DNA from: Camelus ferus
Taxonomy: Eukaryota
Assembly (NCBI RefSeq): GCF_009834535.1
Contig: NC_045707.1
Location: forward strand, 50,904,001-50,968,000
DNA length: 64,000 nucleotides
Direction of reading: 5' to 3'
A program made the position numbers and the translations under genes. Numbering within the stretch: the stretch's first letter is position 1; every line of letters begins with the position of its first letter. The notes under the pieces are model-generated. The model saw nothing but the letters and a program-made list of their open reading frames with translations, made no database searches and was not told the DNA's origin. This document shows, piece after piece, positions 40,021 through 52,899 of the stretch.

Positions 40021-40953
40021 CAATTTTACTGAGAAATAATTTACATATAATATACCACTGTGTATGTTTAAGGTATGGTGTGATGGTTTGATTTACATAT
40101 ACTGTGAAATTATTATCGCAAAGCTAACATTCAGCATCTTATATAAAGAAAAGAAAGAAAAAAATCTTCCTTCTTATGATGAGAACTCTTAGGATTTACT
40201 CCCTTAATAACTTCCCTATATATCATACAACAGTGTTAACTATAATCATCATGTTGTACATTATATTCCAAGTACTTATTTATCTTACAATTGGAAATTT
40301 GTAACTTTTGGCCACCTTTCTCCAGTTTCTCTTCTGCCCACCCTCTGCCTCTGATAACCACAGTTCTGGATCTCTTTCTATGAGCTTGTTTTTTTTGGTT
40401 TATTGGTTTTTTAGATTCCATATACAAGTGAGATCATGAAGTATTTGTATTTCTCTGTCTTACTTATTTCACTTAGCATAATGTATTCAAGGTACATCCA
40501 TGTTGTTGCAAATGGTAGGATTTCCTTATTTTTTATGGCTGCATAATATTTTGATGTGTATAAATACACCACAACTTCTTTATCCATTCCTCCATCAATG
40601 CACACATGTTTCCATGTCTTGGCTACTGTAAATAAAGATGGGAGTGCAGATATCTTTTCGAGTCAATGTTTTCATCTCCTTTAGATATATTCCCAGAAGT
40701 AGAACTGCTAAATCATATGGTAGTTATATTTTTCATTTTTGAGGATCTTCTGTACTGTTTTCAATAGTGGCTGTTCCAGTTTACAATCCCAACAACAGTG
40801 AATCAGGGTTCCCTTTTCTTCACGTTCTCACCAGCATTTGTTATCTCTAGTTTTTGATGATGGCTGTTCTAACAAGTGTGAGGTAATATCACATTGTGGT
40901 TTTAATTTGCATTTCCCCAATGACTGGTGATGTTGAGCATCTTTTCATGTACC
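40021..40953 (-). mobile_element. LINE-1 3' end
   Basis: ORF 40411-40605 (YYAAIKNKEILPFATTWMYLE); antisense 3' UTR gatgagaactcttaggatttactc. Confidence 0.9.
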
Positions 40954-41119
40954 TCCAACCTCCTATATTAGAATGCTCAACCATCCTCTGACTTGCTGTG
41001 GAAAAGCATGGATGGCAAAATGTATAATGCAGGCTTCTGAGATTTATGAGACTATGCAGTTTTTGTATATGCTTAAAAATGTTTATCTTGCTATTTCGAT
41101 GCTCTTTGCACTAAGAGAC

Positions 41120-41350
41120 AACATTGCTCAGTGTTTAAGAACATAGAATCTGAAGTTAATGTGAAAATGAAGCTCAGCTCTACCACCTTCTACTTTTGTG
41201 GCCTTGGACTTCTGAACAAACTTCTTACTTTTCTAAGTCTTAATTTCTAGCAGCTGTTTCTTGTTTAACGGGAAAAAATATTATCTACTGCCTAAGGTTA
41301 TCACGAAGAATATGAGATAATGTATTAAAAGCTTTTAGTGGAGAACCTAC
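41120..41350 (+). mobile_element. MIR SINE
   Basis: ctcagctctaccacc...tgtggccttgg...ctaagtcttaatttc...atgagataatgtattaaaagc. Confidence 0.6.
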
Positions 41351-42459
41351 CTAACTGTAAGCGGTCAATAAGGATTTGTTGAAAGGTAAGAAAGGAAAAT
41401 GCTTAGAGAGGAGGGTGGAAGGGAAAGGGAATCTGATTCTAAATTTAAACATAACCAGGAGGAGCAGAGGTTGGAGAGAGGATTGTTTGCAAGGGGTGAA
41501 AATGGAGAAGCAATAGCCAAACACAAAATGACTTTTGCAAAACACAGGCTGTCTAAATATTTTATACCCTCATAAAAATTACACAGTTCAACCATGAAGT
41601 TTTAGTTGCTGGACAAACTTATTTACCTTTGTACTTTCTTTTTATTATATATATATATTTCCAATATTTCTGCTATGCTATATATATACACACATTTCTG
41701 TTTAAAGCAAATCTAGAAGATGCCATTTAATCCTGAAGTTGCAAAAAGTAAGCAGGAGAGGGTGGGGCTGTCTTTAAAAGAAAGCACACATAAAAATTAT
41801 GAGAAATTTTCCCTCTGGCTGGCAAAATGATAACACTTGTCTGGCCTTAGTTTCCTCCCCCTCGTTACAGACCAGTGCCAAAGGAATCCCCAAACATCCA
41901 GTTACTGTTTTACTTTGTACTGAACCACAGTTGAAGCTTCGATGCCTTCTGTTTCTTCTCAACTGGAAAGGATATTCATTCCTGCCCAGCTCAAAGCTGA
42001 TCTCCCTCACACTCGAACGTACATTCTGCCATTAAATCTCAAACTGCCTTGACATGTTGTTGTAATACCTCACGGATGTGGAAAGTCAGTTGTGACCTAA
42101 TGTGAAACGTGGGAAAAGATGGGACCTGGATGCTCTTAGATGTGTTCTTACACTGGCACAACAAATCATACTTTCTGTGGTTGAGCACTAGAGTCAATAC
42201 ATAAATTAGCTCTTATTTCCTTTTTGTGTGCTGCTAAATTATGTTACTTTTTTTTTTTTTTTTTTAAGAAATAAATTGGGCTTAGGAGCTATTTTACCTT
42301 TGGTCCCTTCTCACACAACTGAATTCTGTAGTGGAATTGTAATCCATGGGAGAGTGCCTAAAGATCTCATTTCATAGAAAAAAATTCAGCAGGAACACTT
42401 TAGCTTTTTAAGACAAGTTCTCCTGTATTTCTGCTGTGCTACAAAAGATCCCTGATATG

Positions 42460-42835
42460 GTAACCATGGAGGACTTATTAGACAGCAATATCGTGCTTGG
42501 AACTTTACCTAATTATATTTGATCCTCAGGACAACCTTATTAAAGAAGATATTATAATGAGAAAAATGAGTCTGAGAGATATTACTTACCCAAAGTTATA
42601 AAGTCAAAAATAATGCTAGGTGTTGTATCCTGTCTGAGTAAAAATGTTTGAGGAATGCATTTATTCAATAATAATTCCATGGGCAAATTTTGTACTTCAC
42701 CAGAGAGGTTTTAGGCACCTATGCTGAGCAAGGCATTGTCCTGGCACTGGGAATATGCCAGATCAGAGGCCAGAGACAATCTTCATACTCATGGACCTTC
42801 CAGTCAACCAAGGAGAGAGATACTTAAAAACTGCA
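42460..42835 (-). mobile_element. MIR and L2 fragments
   Basis: tttgatcctcaggacaacctt...acttacccaaagtta (MIR); aggcattgtcctggcactgggaat...ctcatggaccttccagtc (L2). Confidence 0.5.
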
Positions 42836-44334
42836 TTTAATAAGACAAAGAGATCCCGTGGGCAAATGTTCACAGATTCCATCTCCCTCAGAGAGCCAAA
42901 TGGGAAAGAAGAGCCCACTTCCCATTCTACCCTGACCCTGCCCCAACTAAGAGAAAGAGAATCTTAAGAGAAGGAAGATCAGTCTATATAAAAAATATAC
43001 ACTTGTAATTTTTAGTATCTAATATAGTATAATTACAAAATATAATATAAAAACATACATGTATAGGTAAATAAATACTAGATTGAACATGCATACACCC
43101 ATCACTCAGGCCAACAAATACCCTTTAAGATTCAATCTGCTCATTCTTGATGTGTCAGAGAAGTCAGAATCAGCTGAAATTCTGAAATAATAGTAATTTA
43201 CAGAGTCATGCTGCTTACAAGTAAGAATAATTACTTATAACTGGCTATAAATAACAACTTATATTTAACTTAAATAATGACATATTTAACTTATTCTATT
43301 TAATCACTGATAACATGACTATGAGCAAATCCAAGCATGTCAATAACCATGGTTCCTTTTAAAAGTTCTAGCTGATTCAAACAGAAATTTACTTGGTAGC
43401 ACAAATGTTAAGTGTTCTGACCAAGGTTAAGACAGAGATGGCAATTCACAAGGGATTCATGCAGAAAATCAAAGTAGGGCCAGAGTAAGTGGCCAGCCCA
43501 GTGCTAGGAGCTGGGTCCAGCTGAAAGAAAATGTTTCTGGCCTCAGTAAAGTTTACGTAACGTGGTAAAAAAAAATATGTATTACTGATTTTCAGTCCCA
43601 GCTGATACTGAGCTGCTGTCAGAAACTCACCCATTCGTGGCACGGAGTAAGTTGTTCAATGACGTTACCCCATATGTCTACGGCGTTTAAGAAAACATAC
43701 ACTGAAACAGTTCATTCAAAATTGATTGTTTAGATGTTATTTTTAACAATTCCCTCATTGGCATTTAAAATGTTTTATTTCCTACCACACAAAAAAAATG
43801 TTGCTGCTTTATGAATAAACAGTTTAATTTTAGATCAGCTCCTTTTCTCTGATTTATGGCATTCGGTTAAAAAAAAAAAAAATCCCAAAGCAGCCAGGAG
43901 CTTAGTCACAGATGTTAGCACCAGGGGTAGTAACAGTAAAGGGCTCTGACTTCAAAGAGTTAGGGAAGATTTGTCACAATGGAATAAAAAGTGCGGATGT
44001 TTCAGACATCGGAAGTGGCAGAAAGGGCCAGAAACACAGAAATGAATGTGTGGAGATCAATGTCTGCTGCGTGTTGTGTTTTCAGACTTCCTTCACTCTT
44101 CAGCAACCATCCAGACACCCATATTTATCCCCCTTTTCTGTGCCTGTGACCCCACATTAATTTTATCTTGAATGACCTCCTCTCCTACCACCATGCCACT
44201 CTACTCAAAACTCCTTTTTGGCAAGCTGGAAGATGAATATGTTTATGATTGGAGAGTTTTGTGAGCTGATTTGCACTTCGCAGTAACAGAGCACTCTTCC
44301 CCACTATCCAGGAAATTGAAAAGTGTTATCAGAT

Positions 44335-44540
44335 CTCTGTCCTTTGATGTTGGCCCCACATTCAGACAGGTTCTTTCTACCATATGGCCCCCAGCAGGGA
44401 CAGGGTTGCACCGTCCTTAATGGCCACAAACTCAAAAGAAGATTCCTTTCTTCCTGGCATTTTTATCAATTCCTAGAAAGGATTCTGATTGGCTGAGACT
44501 GGATTTATGCCTGAATCCCATGGCTAGGGAGAGAGGTGAG
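44335..44540 (-). mobile_element. Old ERVL/MaLR LTR fragment (LTR33/MLT1-like)
   Basis: atggcccccagcag...aaggattctgattggctgagactgg...atggctaggg. Confidence 0.35.
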
Positions 44541-46670
44541 GCATGACTCAATTTAGGGTACCACTAGGGAGAGAAGGTACATCTGAAAGGAAATCAGAGC
44601 AAGGATGCAGCACTCAAACAAAGCCAATTCTAGGAGGCAACTTGAAAAGAACCTGACAGTAGCCCCTCAGTGACCCAGATCTCAGGTAGGCAACAGGAAG
44701 ACATCAACGTATTGTGCACGAAACAGTGCTTGGTAACCACCTTTTACTGTATGGCTATCTTTGGGATAAAGGATCATGGGGCGACTAAGATGTTAATAAC
44801 AGGAAACTACCAGCATCCTTAAAACAGTTGGGAGAAGGTGTTCTTACTGGAGCCTAGAAGCCAGTTAGTTTGACAGAAACTGAGATCCACAAAAAAAAGT
44901 AGCCATGTGGTAGGGACTGGCACCAAGTTACTTGTCTCTATTGGGATTGCAGCACCATCCAATTATAGCCTCCTTAAAGATTTCTAAATATATGCCCTAT
45001 TTCTTATCCTTTGCTGGATAAGCACAGTGGTTTTATTAGTGCTTAGTTATTATAAAATGTTGGATTGTAAAATGTCAATACTGTAATATACTTGCTTACG
45101 AATAGTTACATCCTGGAATGTTGCAGTTTAATCACTTCGTCCACTAAAGACAGACTATGGGGCATTATTTAAAAACATCTTAGAAAAACTGCCTCCAGAA
45201 GATATTCAAACACACACACACATTAATATCTGCAGAATATGACTAGACCTTGTAGAAATCCTGGTGCATTATATTTTGCTACAAAAGGTATACAAGAATA
45301 TAAAAGGTTAAAGTTACAGAAATAAAAGATTGAATCAGTATCTCTTGGAAAAGGGTTATTTTAACTTTGGTTTATTTTTTGAAGGATAACTTGCAGACCT
45401 TATTGAGTGAAGTCCATGGAAACTGAAAGGAAATGACAGAAAAATGTAGATGCAGTTTAAAATCCTTAGGAAATTAAAGAATTTTGCAATACAGCCACTG
45501 CAACCCAATGAATAAGCATGCACTAATGATTATCAATTTATGAAAATATTTTTCCAGACTTTATACCTGAGCAAAAGCCACACATATAGACTAGAATTAC
45601 AATTTCTCTATCTGAAAGGCTGATAAAAAGTGAAAAACACACAACTGCCTTCAAAACCAAATTCATACTGAAGTAATTAGAGTAACAGAAATAGAAATCA
45701 CATATGATGTTAAATAAGATTGAAAATTCATTTTAATGTACAGTTTTACAGTAACTTTTAAATGTATGCTTCCATAATAGTACTTTCAACTAAGGATCTA
45801 AGCTATCTGAATGTTAAAAATGTATTTGATGTACTAATATACAAGTATACCATCATATTTCACCAAAAATATTCCTGTGATCTTGGATGTATTGTCAGCA
45901 CACAATTTTATACTTCAAAGATGATAGGAAAAATTCTAGGCAACTTGTAGGTTTTTACATGGCAACAATTCTTACAGGAAAAAAAAATAAAAGATTTATT
46001 TTTCAGTGACTTGTGAATCATAAAAAAATTTTTTTCCAATGCTCTACCTAGGGAAAATGTGTTAGAGTTTTAAATTCCACATTGGGCTCTGAATAGCTCT
46101 CCTAAATATCCAACAAATCATAATAATAGCTCCTGCTGTCTTAATGTTTGAAGAATTGAAATATATTTTTGATTCCCTAAGATTTTCTACTTTAGCATAT
46201 CCTCCTGACTTATAATTTGACTTACACTTTCCCAGATCAAGTGTTGCGACGGAACTTTGACGTTACAGTGCTAGCACATTTCTGTACCTTGACGGTTTGT
46301 ACCTTGTGTCATTGAATATATATGTCTTCCTTTTATGACTGAATATAAGCCTTGAGTATGCTCGGGGGAATTTTTATTCTATTCTATCCCTTCCCTTCCA
46401 GTTCCTTCGTACCATTCCTGAGGAAAAGAGCATTGCTGTGATAGACCAGGTTTAAGGGCATCTTACTTTTTCTGTGTCTAAAGAGCTAGGGGTGGATAGG
46501 CAGTCACCATATCAAGTTAAATGTTAGCAAGTGAAAATGGTGCCATGTAGACATGAAACTTTCAGGTGATCTCATGAGATGAAGAAAGATTAACTCTAGG
46601 GGCAGCTCTCTTCTAAAATTTGGCATGTCCTCTCCATTCATACACTTCAAGATTTCAATGGCAGGGTAGT

Positions 46671-46790
46671 TGTATCAATTAAGATAATCTAGGTTACAAT
46701 GCAGTAATAAAAATCCCCCAAGCGTCTGCAGCTTAAACAACAAAGATGTGTTTCTCACTAATGCTGCATGCCCAGTGCAGGTCATTTGCG
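46671..46790 (-). mobile_element. MaLR LTR terminal fragment (MLT1K/L-like)
   Basis: tgtatcaattaagataatctaggttacaatgcagtaataaaaatccccaa...gcttaaacaacaaag. Confidence 0.6.
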
Positions 46791-48207
46791 GCAGAAGCAT
46801 ATGGCAGTAACAGGACCACTTGGTTATATAACCATGGCGCTGAGCCACTTACTATGCATGCTGATATGCAAATTGCTTCTACTTTATTATGACTATTAAT
46901 TCCATACTTAAAGTGTCAGTCTCCATGAGAATGGAAATAAAATGGTTAAAAAGACTTGCAGCTGTTATAGTCAGAGATAGTGTTTAATAATATCAACCAT
47001 GAAATACAAAGGCAGCTTTAATGTTCTCCAATAGAAAATCATTTTGTTGGTAAGAATCAAACTGGAAGTTGGTCTCTTTTTTTTTTTTTTTTTCCAAAAG
47101 GAGTTGAGATAGAGTCCAACACATTACCTCAGGCCTTTAGAACACAGGGGCAGGAGTCACAGGGTACTCAGCAAGCATCAGAGAGCAGTAAAGCTGCACA
47201 TATTCAGACAAGACCACTCCTGGCCAATGCATAACTGACATGAAACATTTTGAAGAGCTGGGTACATTAAATAGTTACAATAAGGATTTGATGGCATTTG
47301 GTTATTGTTGAATTTAGGCTTATTTAATGCCTTGATACCTTTCAGGATTTTTCAAGTATTTTAAAACAGAATGTATTTTGTAGGAAAAATGAAATAATTG
47401 ATAGTTCTTTTGTTTAAACTTCTCAATGCATTTTAATGATCTTGAAATAAAGAAATAACACTTATATACAAAATGGCATGGGGCATGAAGAAGAAGGTCT
47501 GTAGAACTGGGAGGGAGGAAAAGAAGAAGAGGGAGAGAATTAACTCTTTTATGCAAGCAAGAGTTTTCACAAAATCTGTCAGTAGAATAGGATTACAAGG
47601 TTATATCAGACCTCCATCATATATTATGTGTGGTAGGCTCTAACATTTATGTTCCTATTAACAGTATAATAAAATGTCAATAATTCCAATTCCATATAGT
47701 TGGTTCTATCATTTATAATAATAATTTGTTGCTTTGGTTAAATAAAAAAACTAAGAAATCCCCTCCAGGTATTGTTAAACACTGTGCTTTGGATGAGTTG
47801 GACTCAAATTTATAATTATAGGCAAAGTGTGGAGCTCAGAATATGATGGTAAGGAGAAAGAGAGAGGTCCAGGTCCTGTTCTTACGAAAGGACAAATTCT
47901 CAAAAGGAAATTACTGTGAATCCATGAAAAGACTGAACCCTAGACCCCAGGCTCACAGTCTCAGCAAACATTTCTTTGTCAAGCTTGACCTGAGAACAGC
48001 AGAGCAGCCTCCCTTCCAGGGACAGTGCAGGCATGACAGTAAAGACATCCGTAATTAGGTTAAGACTGAAGGTAAGGGTCCTTCCCCTATTTAATGAGTA
48101 CCACATCCTCCTCAGACAAATCCTCATGTGTCTCTACAGAGGGGAGACTCCTCCCTTCAACAATATATGAGTTTTAATTTCCTAACTTCCCTAACCTTCG
48201 TTTCTTG

Positions 48208-48342
48208 TTTTCTAATTAAAATATCTCTGACATATAACATTGTGTAAATTTAAGGTGAACAACATATTAACTTTTTACATTTATATATTGTAACATGATG
48301 GCCAATAATTAGCACCTCTATCATGTTACATAATTATCATTT
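48208..48342 (-). mobile_element. Short LINE-1 3' terminal fragment
   Basis: tgacatataacattgtgtaaatttaaggtgaacaacat...cacctctatcatgttacataattatcatt. Confidence 0.7.
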
Positions 48343-48671
48343 TAAAAAAAAGAACAGAACGAGGAAGATGAGGTCCCTTCCCTCCACCTACTTTTGAAAT
48401 TCTGCCACCAAAGCTGCTCTTCCCTGATTTAGAATACTAAAGTGAACTGTTAGACCCTTATATCTTAAGATTCTTTCCAGGATAATTTTCATTTCTTATG
48501 AAGACTTTCTATTTGTTAATTTTTCTTACATGATATTACCTCTTCCAAATTAATCCATAAGAACCTAAATAAAGCTAGACACTTCAATATACAAAAAAGA
48601 AATGTGACATTTCTTAAACACTTGGTTTCATGGAGTAAGTTTTTACCTGCCTTTTTTTTTTTTGTCTAGAT

Positions 48672-50240
48672 ATTCATTCCAAAATACTTACCAAGTACTT
48701 ACGTATTAGGCATATTATTTGGTGTGTGTATATATAATACACACACACATTTGCCTATATATATGGCAAATAATATGCCTCTCTCTATATATGTATATAA
48801 TGGTAAACAAAACATTCATGTCCCCTGCTTTCATGAGCTTAAAGTTTGTGGGAGGATAGAGGTAACAATCAAAAGGTAGATGTAATGGTTCTTCGAAGGA
48901 AAAGAAGATGGGATCATGGGAAAGAAGAGGAGATGGCATCCCTGGGTATTTAAGCGATGCACCAGTGGTGTGTAGTGTGAGGGGGAGAGATGGGCAAGCA
49001 GAAGCAAGAGCCATGAGACAGGAAAGAGCATGGCACACTGAGGAACTTAACAGAGGCCAGTGTGACTAGAGACTAGTGAACAAGGGGCACAGTGACATGA
49101 GATGTGTGGAACAGGCAGAGCCTGAATTTTACAGGGCTTTGCAGATCATGCTAAGTATTTTGGTCTTTATTCTAAAATCCTTTTGAAAGATTTTAAGTAG
49201 AGAGAGGTGATGTGGCTAGAAAAATGTTTTAAAATAATCATTCTGGTTACAGTGAAAAGAATGGACATGAGGAAGATTAAGAAGGCAACTCCACCTTCTA
49301 GCAGTGCAAATTTGAACAGTATCTGTCATGGTCTAATCAAGGTGCAATAATGCTACTGTGAAGGAAAAACCGGGCTGGTCTAACAAGATAACTCACAAGT
49401 CTAGGAATGTGAAGGAGAGGCTGGGCTGGGCTAACAAGATAACTCACAAATCTAAGTGTCAGAATACTGATCTGAGTTCTGCTAGACTAACTTATAAATC
49501 TAGGTTGATTAGTGTTGGTTTGCTGTTCATGTTTTTTTGCTAGCCAGCTGGGTTTTCAAAGATCCATATCTGGCTTTGGAATGTTGGTTTGCTGTCTCCC
49601 CGCCTCCACTTTTGTGATGATAATGCTGCTAAAGCTGTTCCATGCCTATTGGCCGAATACCCCAAGCTTGTACTTTACCCTATAAAACCTCATGTGCACA
49701 TCTTGAAGGTGCTCAGAGCTTCAGAGCAGAAGCCCCTCTGAGCCCGCCGGCGTACTACATCTGAGTACTCCAACCCTCCGAGTGGTGCTTGTTTCTTGGC
49801 TGGCCCGTCGTTTCCGTAACACTATGGGACTATGGTAGTAGTTAGGAAGATAGAAACATGCTTTGGAGATAAAACTGCCCAGAGTTGGGGAAGGTTTTAA
49901 TATTGTAGTTGAACAAGTCGATTGAGAGGAAGATGATGCCTGTATTTTTTTACTGGGCCAATGACAGTGCCCTTCACTGGGAAAGTTGGATTTGGATAGG
50001 AGTAAGAGTGCTCAAGGTTGGGGAAAAGAAGATTTGGTTTGGGACATGTTAAGTCTGACATCTTTATCAGACTTAATGTTCAAATATCACGGTGACATTT
50101 AGACATACTAGCCAGAGCTCAAAACAAGATTTCCTGCTGGAGGTCTAAATCTGAGAGCCCTCACATAAATGTGATATTCACAGCAATGAGTACTGCTAAG
50201 ATCACTTAGAAAGAGGGAATAGAGGAGAAAAGGAGTATAC
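48672..50240 (-). mobile_element. LINE-2, interrupted by an ERV LTR and a hairpin insert
   Basis: gtcccctgctttcatgagctta, agagcatggcacactgaggaac, gaggccagtgtgactaga, tttgggacatgttaagtctga. Confidence 0.75.
49357..49821 (+). mobile_element. Relatively young ERV solo LTR (ERV1-like, 465 bp)
   Basis: TG...CA termini; 4-bp TSD ctac/ctat; reverse CCAAT (attgg, ~49648); TATAAAA at 49681; retained CpGs; 51-bp U3 duplication. Confidence 0.85.
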
Positions 50241-52024
50241 ATGGAATATTAACAAATCATTTGTAAATTATCTATAATCCAAATTCCTAGGGAAAGAGAA
50301 TGCAATTTGGGGGTCTATTATAATTCATTGTAATAAAATTCTGACAAATTAAACCAAATTTTTAAAGAATAAAACAGAAGAGGATCATCTCTACTGACCT
50401 TGGCCCAAAGGTTTACTTAAATCACAAATACTTCTCTTTTCCATGGGTGTCAATGTCATTAACAAAATTCCAAAGGATTTTCTAGGAATCAGCATTTAAG
50501 AAGTAACTTGATGGGTTTATCTGCTGGAGAGTAAAGGGTAATTTACCACGATAATCAATTCAAATTGAGTGTTACTTTCTTGGGCATCATTAAATAATGT
50601 GTTAAATTTTCCTTTTCAGATTAAGAGTAATGGCTATGTTCTCTGGCTCTGGAAGGTTTTTAAGCTACAGGGAAGATTTTATTTTCAGAGTAGAAGCAAA
50701 TTAGACATTATAAGAGAATTCTTAAGGCGAAAAGAGTTTATTTAGGAAGTTAAAGCATTATTGCTGAGTGTAAACATTATTATGGTAATTACTGTCTTCA
50801 AGTATTTATTGTCAATAAAAACCTTTCCAAGTTTCTCAAGGGCACTTTCAGAGAGAGCTGTATATCTATTTTAAAGGAAGTATTAGACAAACAACTTCAG
50901 ATGCTCTCAAATACTAGAGCCAGGAAATCTCTGAGGGTAGAAAACCTCCCACTGCATTTGTCCTATTAAAATCCAATCATGCACAGAGAAAAGACAGGGA
51001 AACAATAAATTAGAGAACAACATATGTTTGGCATAACACATATATTACAAATAGGCTTAACTATCATATGCTAGTTAAAGCTTCCAAGTGTTTTTCTCAG
51101 AAGTCTGAAAAAAAAAATCATGCAATGAAAGTTGAAAAAAACAAAAACAAAATCATGGAGTTTTAGAAAATGGATTCTAGTTCATGAAAATACTGACTCA
51201 GCAACATCTTTACTGGTGATTTTCCTATAATGTGACCTTCTCTTATGTAATACATCGTCTACCTAACTGCTAGGCAAATATGATGAACATTTAGGCACTG
51301 TGAACAACCTCAAGCTACATCTCTATAAAAGTCCAAAACACCTGAAAGAATCTATCAGAATACATGAGTGTTAACAAAGAGTCACTTTTTAAAGTACTAT
51401 CTGCAGCTGGATCATTTCAGTGAAATTGATTTCTCAAACTGGCTTCTTCCTTTTTCTTTTAAGACACTGGAAGCTTTAATAAAGTGACAAAGTGAAGAAA
51501 ATTCAGTTTGTAGACCATTAGGCTTTCCATTTAAAGTAACACTGTGATGAGAGAAAAGAGACAGACTTTCGTTTGAAAACTGCCACTTTGATTTTGAAAA
51601 TGAGATTAAATGCCAAAGATATACTGCTGAATGTCCCAGAAAACCACTCCCTCAGACTTTATGTCTAGACTTCAACAAGAGCCTGGCCAGAAGTCTAAGC
51701 AGAAAGGATGCCCATGCTGAAGTCCTGGGTTGGGTGCTCCTCGGCTCTCACCTCCTCGCCTTGTTGCAACATCTTCTAAAGGACATTTTCATTATCCCTG
51801 AGAGCTATGCATTTTGAGAATTTACTCCTGGTCAAAAGTCTTGAGCTGTCTGATCCTGGTCTTTTGTTTAATTAGGTAGCTCAGCCAAGAGAGATCACTG
51901 CCCTACATCTTTACCGGCTGATGTCTTATGCAGCCTTCAAAGTCCTGCACAAAGAAGCAATATCCCGGGTCCCTCACTGTTAGGAATCCCTTTTCCACTG
52001 CATTCAGGGGTAACATGCCTCAAC

Positions 52025-52270
52025 AGCAGCAGCGCTGGCTGAGCTCCTTTGTGCCGAGCACTCTGCTGGGGCTACAGGGGTTAAACACTGTTTCTAACTG
52101 CAAAATCTCTGCAAGGAAATCATTATAACCCTCATTTCACAGGAAAAGAAAGCTAAGTAATGAGGTTCTGAGTTGTGATTACTTGGTGACTCAAAGAAAC
52201 CTAACTTTCTACCCAAAGTTACCTGGCTAGTGAAGAATGGAGAAATATTCAGGACAGAAGCCTGCCTCCC
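52025..52270 (-). mobile_element. MIR SINE
   Basis: gagctcctttgtgccgagcactctgct...cattataaccctcatttcacagg. Confidence 0.55.
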
Positions 52271-52899
52271 AATCCCAAATTTCCCCTGTCGTTAGCCTAC
52301 ATTGTTGTATAGGATCCTAAGAGGTCTCCAGGAAGAAACTGGACTTTATCTTTTTATCCTCTAGCATTTAGCACAGCCTCTAGCCTTGCAGAGAGCAGTG
52401 TGGCAGTAAGTGGTTAAATGTGTGGGGCCCTCTTTTCATCTTCTTTCTACTTATTCATGTGGTAAATTTTTAAATACTCATCCAGAATGGACAATATCAT
52501 GAGAGGTAAAAAAGCATTTTGATAAGCAGTTCAGTTCATTTGTCCATAGCTGGATATTTCAAATCTTTATAGATACGATTTTTGGAGATAACAAATCATC
52601 AGGAATTACACGTGGCTCTGTTAGCTAGTTTGCAGCTGGATGAGTTCCTTTAGCAGAAAGGGGGGATGAGGTAACAGGTGACTTGAGGTTTGGATTTTGG
52701 TCTTCCTGGAGTTGAGACTGCTGGCAGTTGGCAGGACTCATCCATTGGAGTGGACCTAGGAAGCTTCACTGTCTGCCCAGATGGTGGAAGTGACGGGGCA
52801 AAGAATGCATCAGGCCTCCCTGGAGGGAGAAGGAATGGTGATCTAAAGATGTCTCACTTGGGCATTCAGGGACTCTAATGACCAGACCCTGTTCATCTC

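Noticed and set aside
41850..42035. Strong polypyrimidine acceptor (ttcctccccctcgttacag) followed by an open frame
   Set aside because: No clear donor and the peptide is unrecognised; isolated acceptors are common
49358..49543. ORF with internal peptide repeat (GW.NKITHKS twice)
   Set aside because: Simply the translation of the 51-bp LTR U3 duplication
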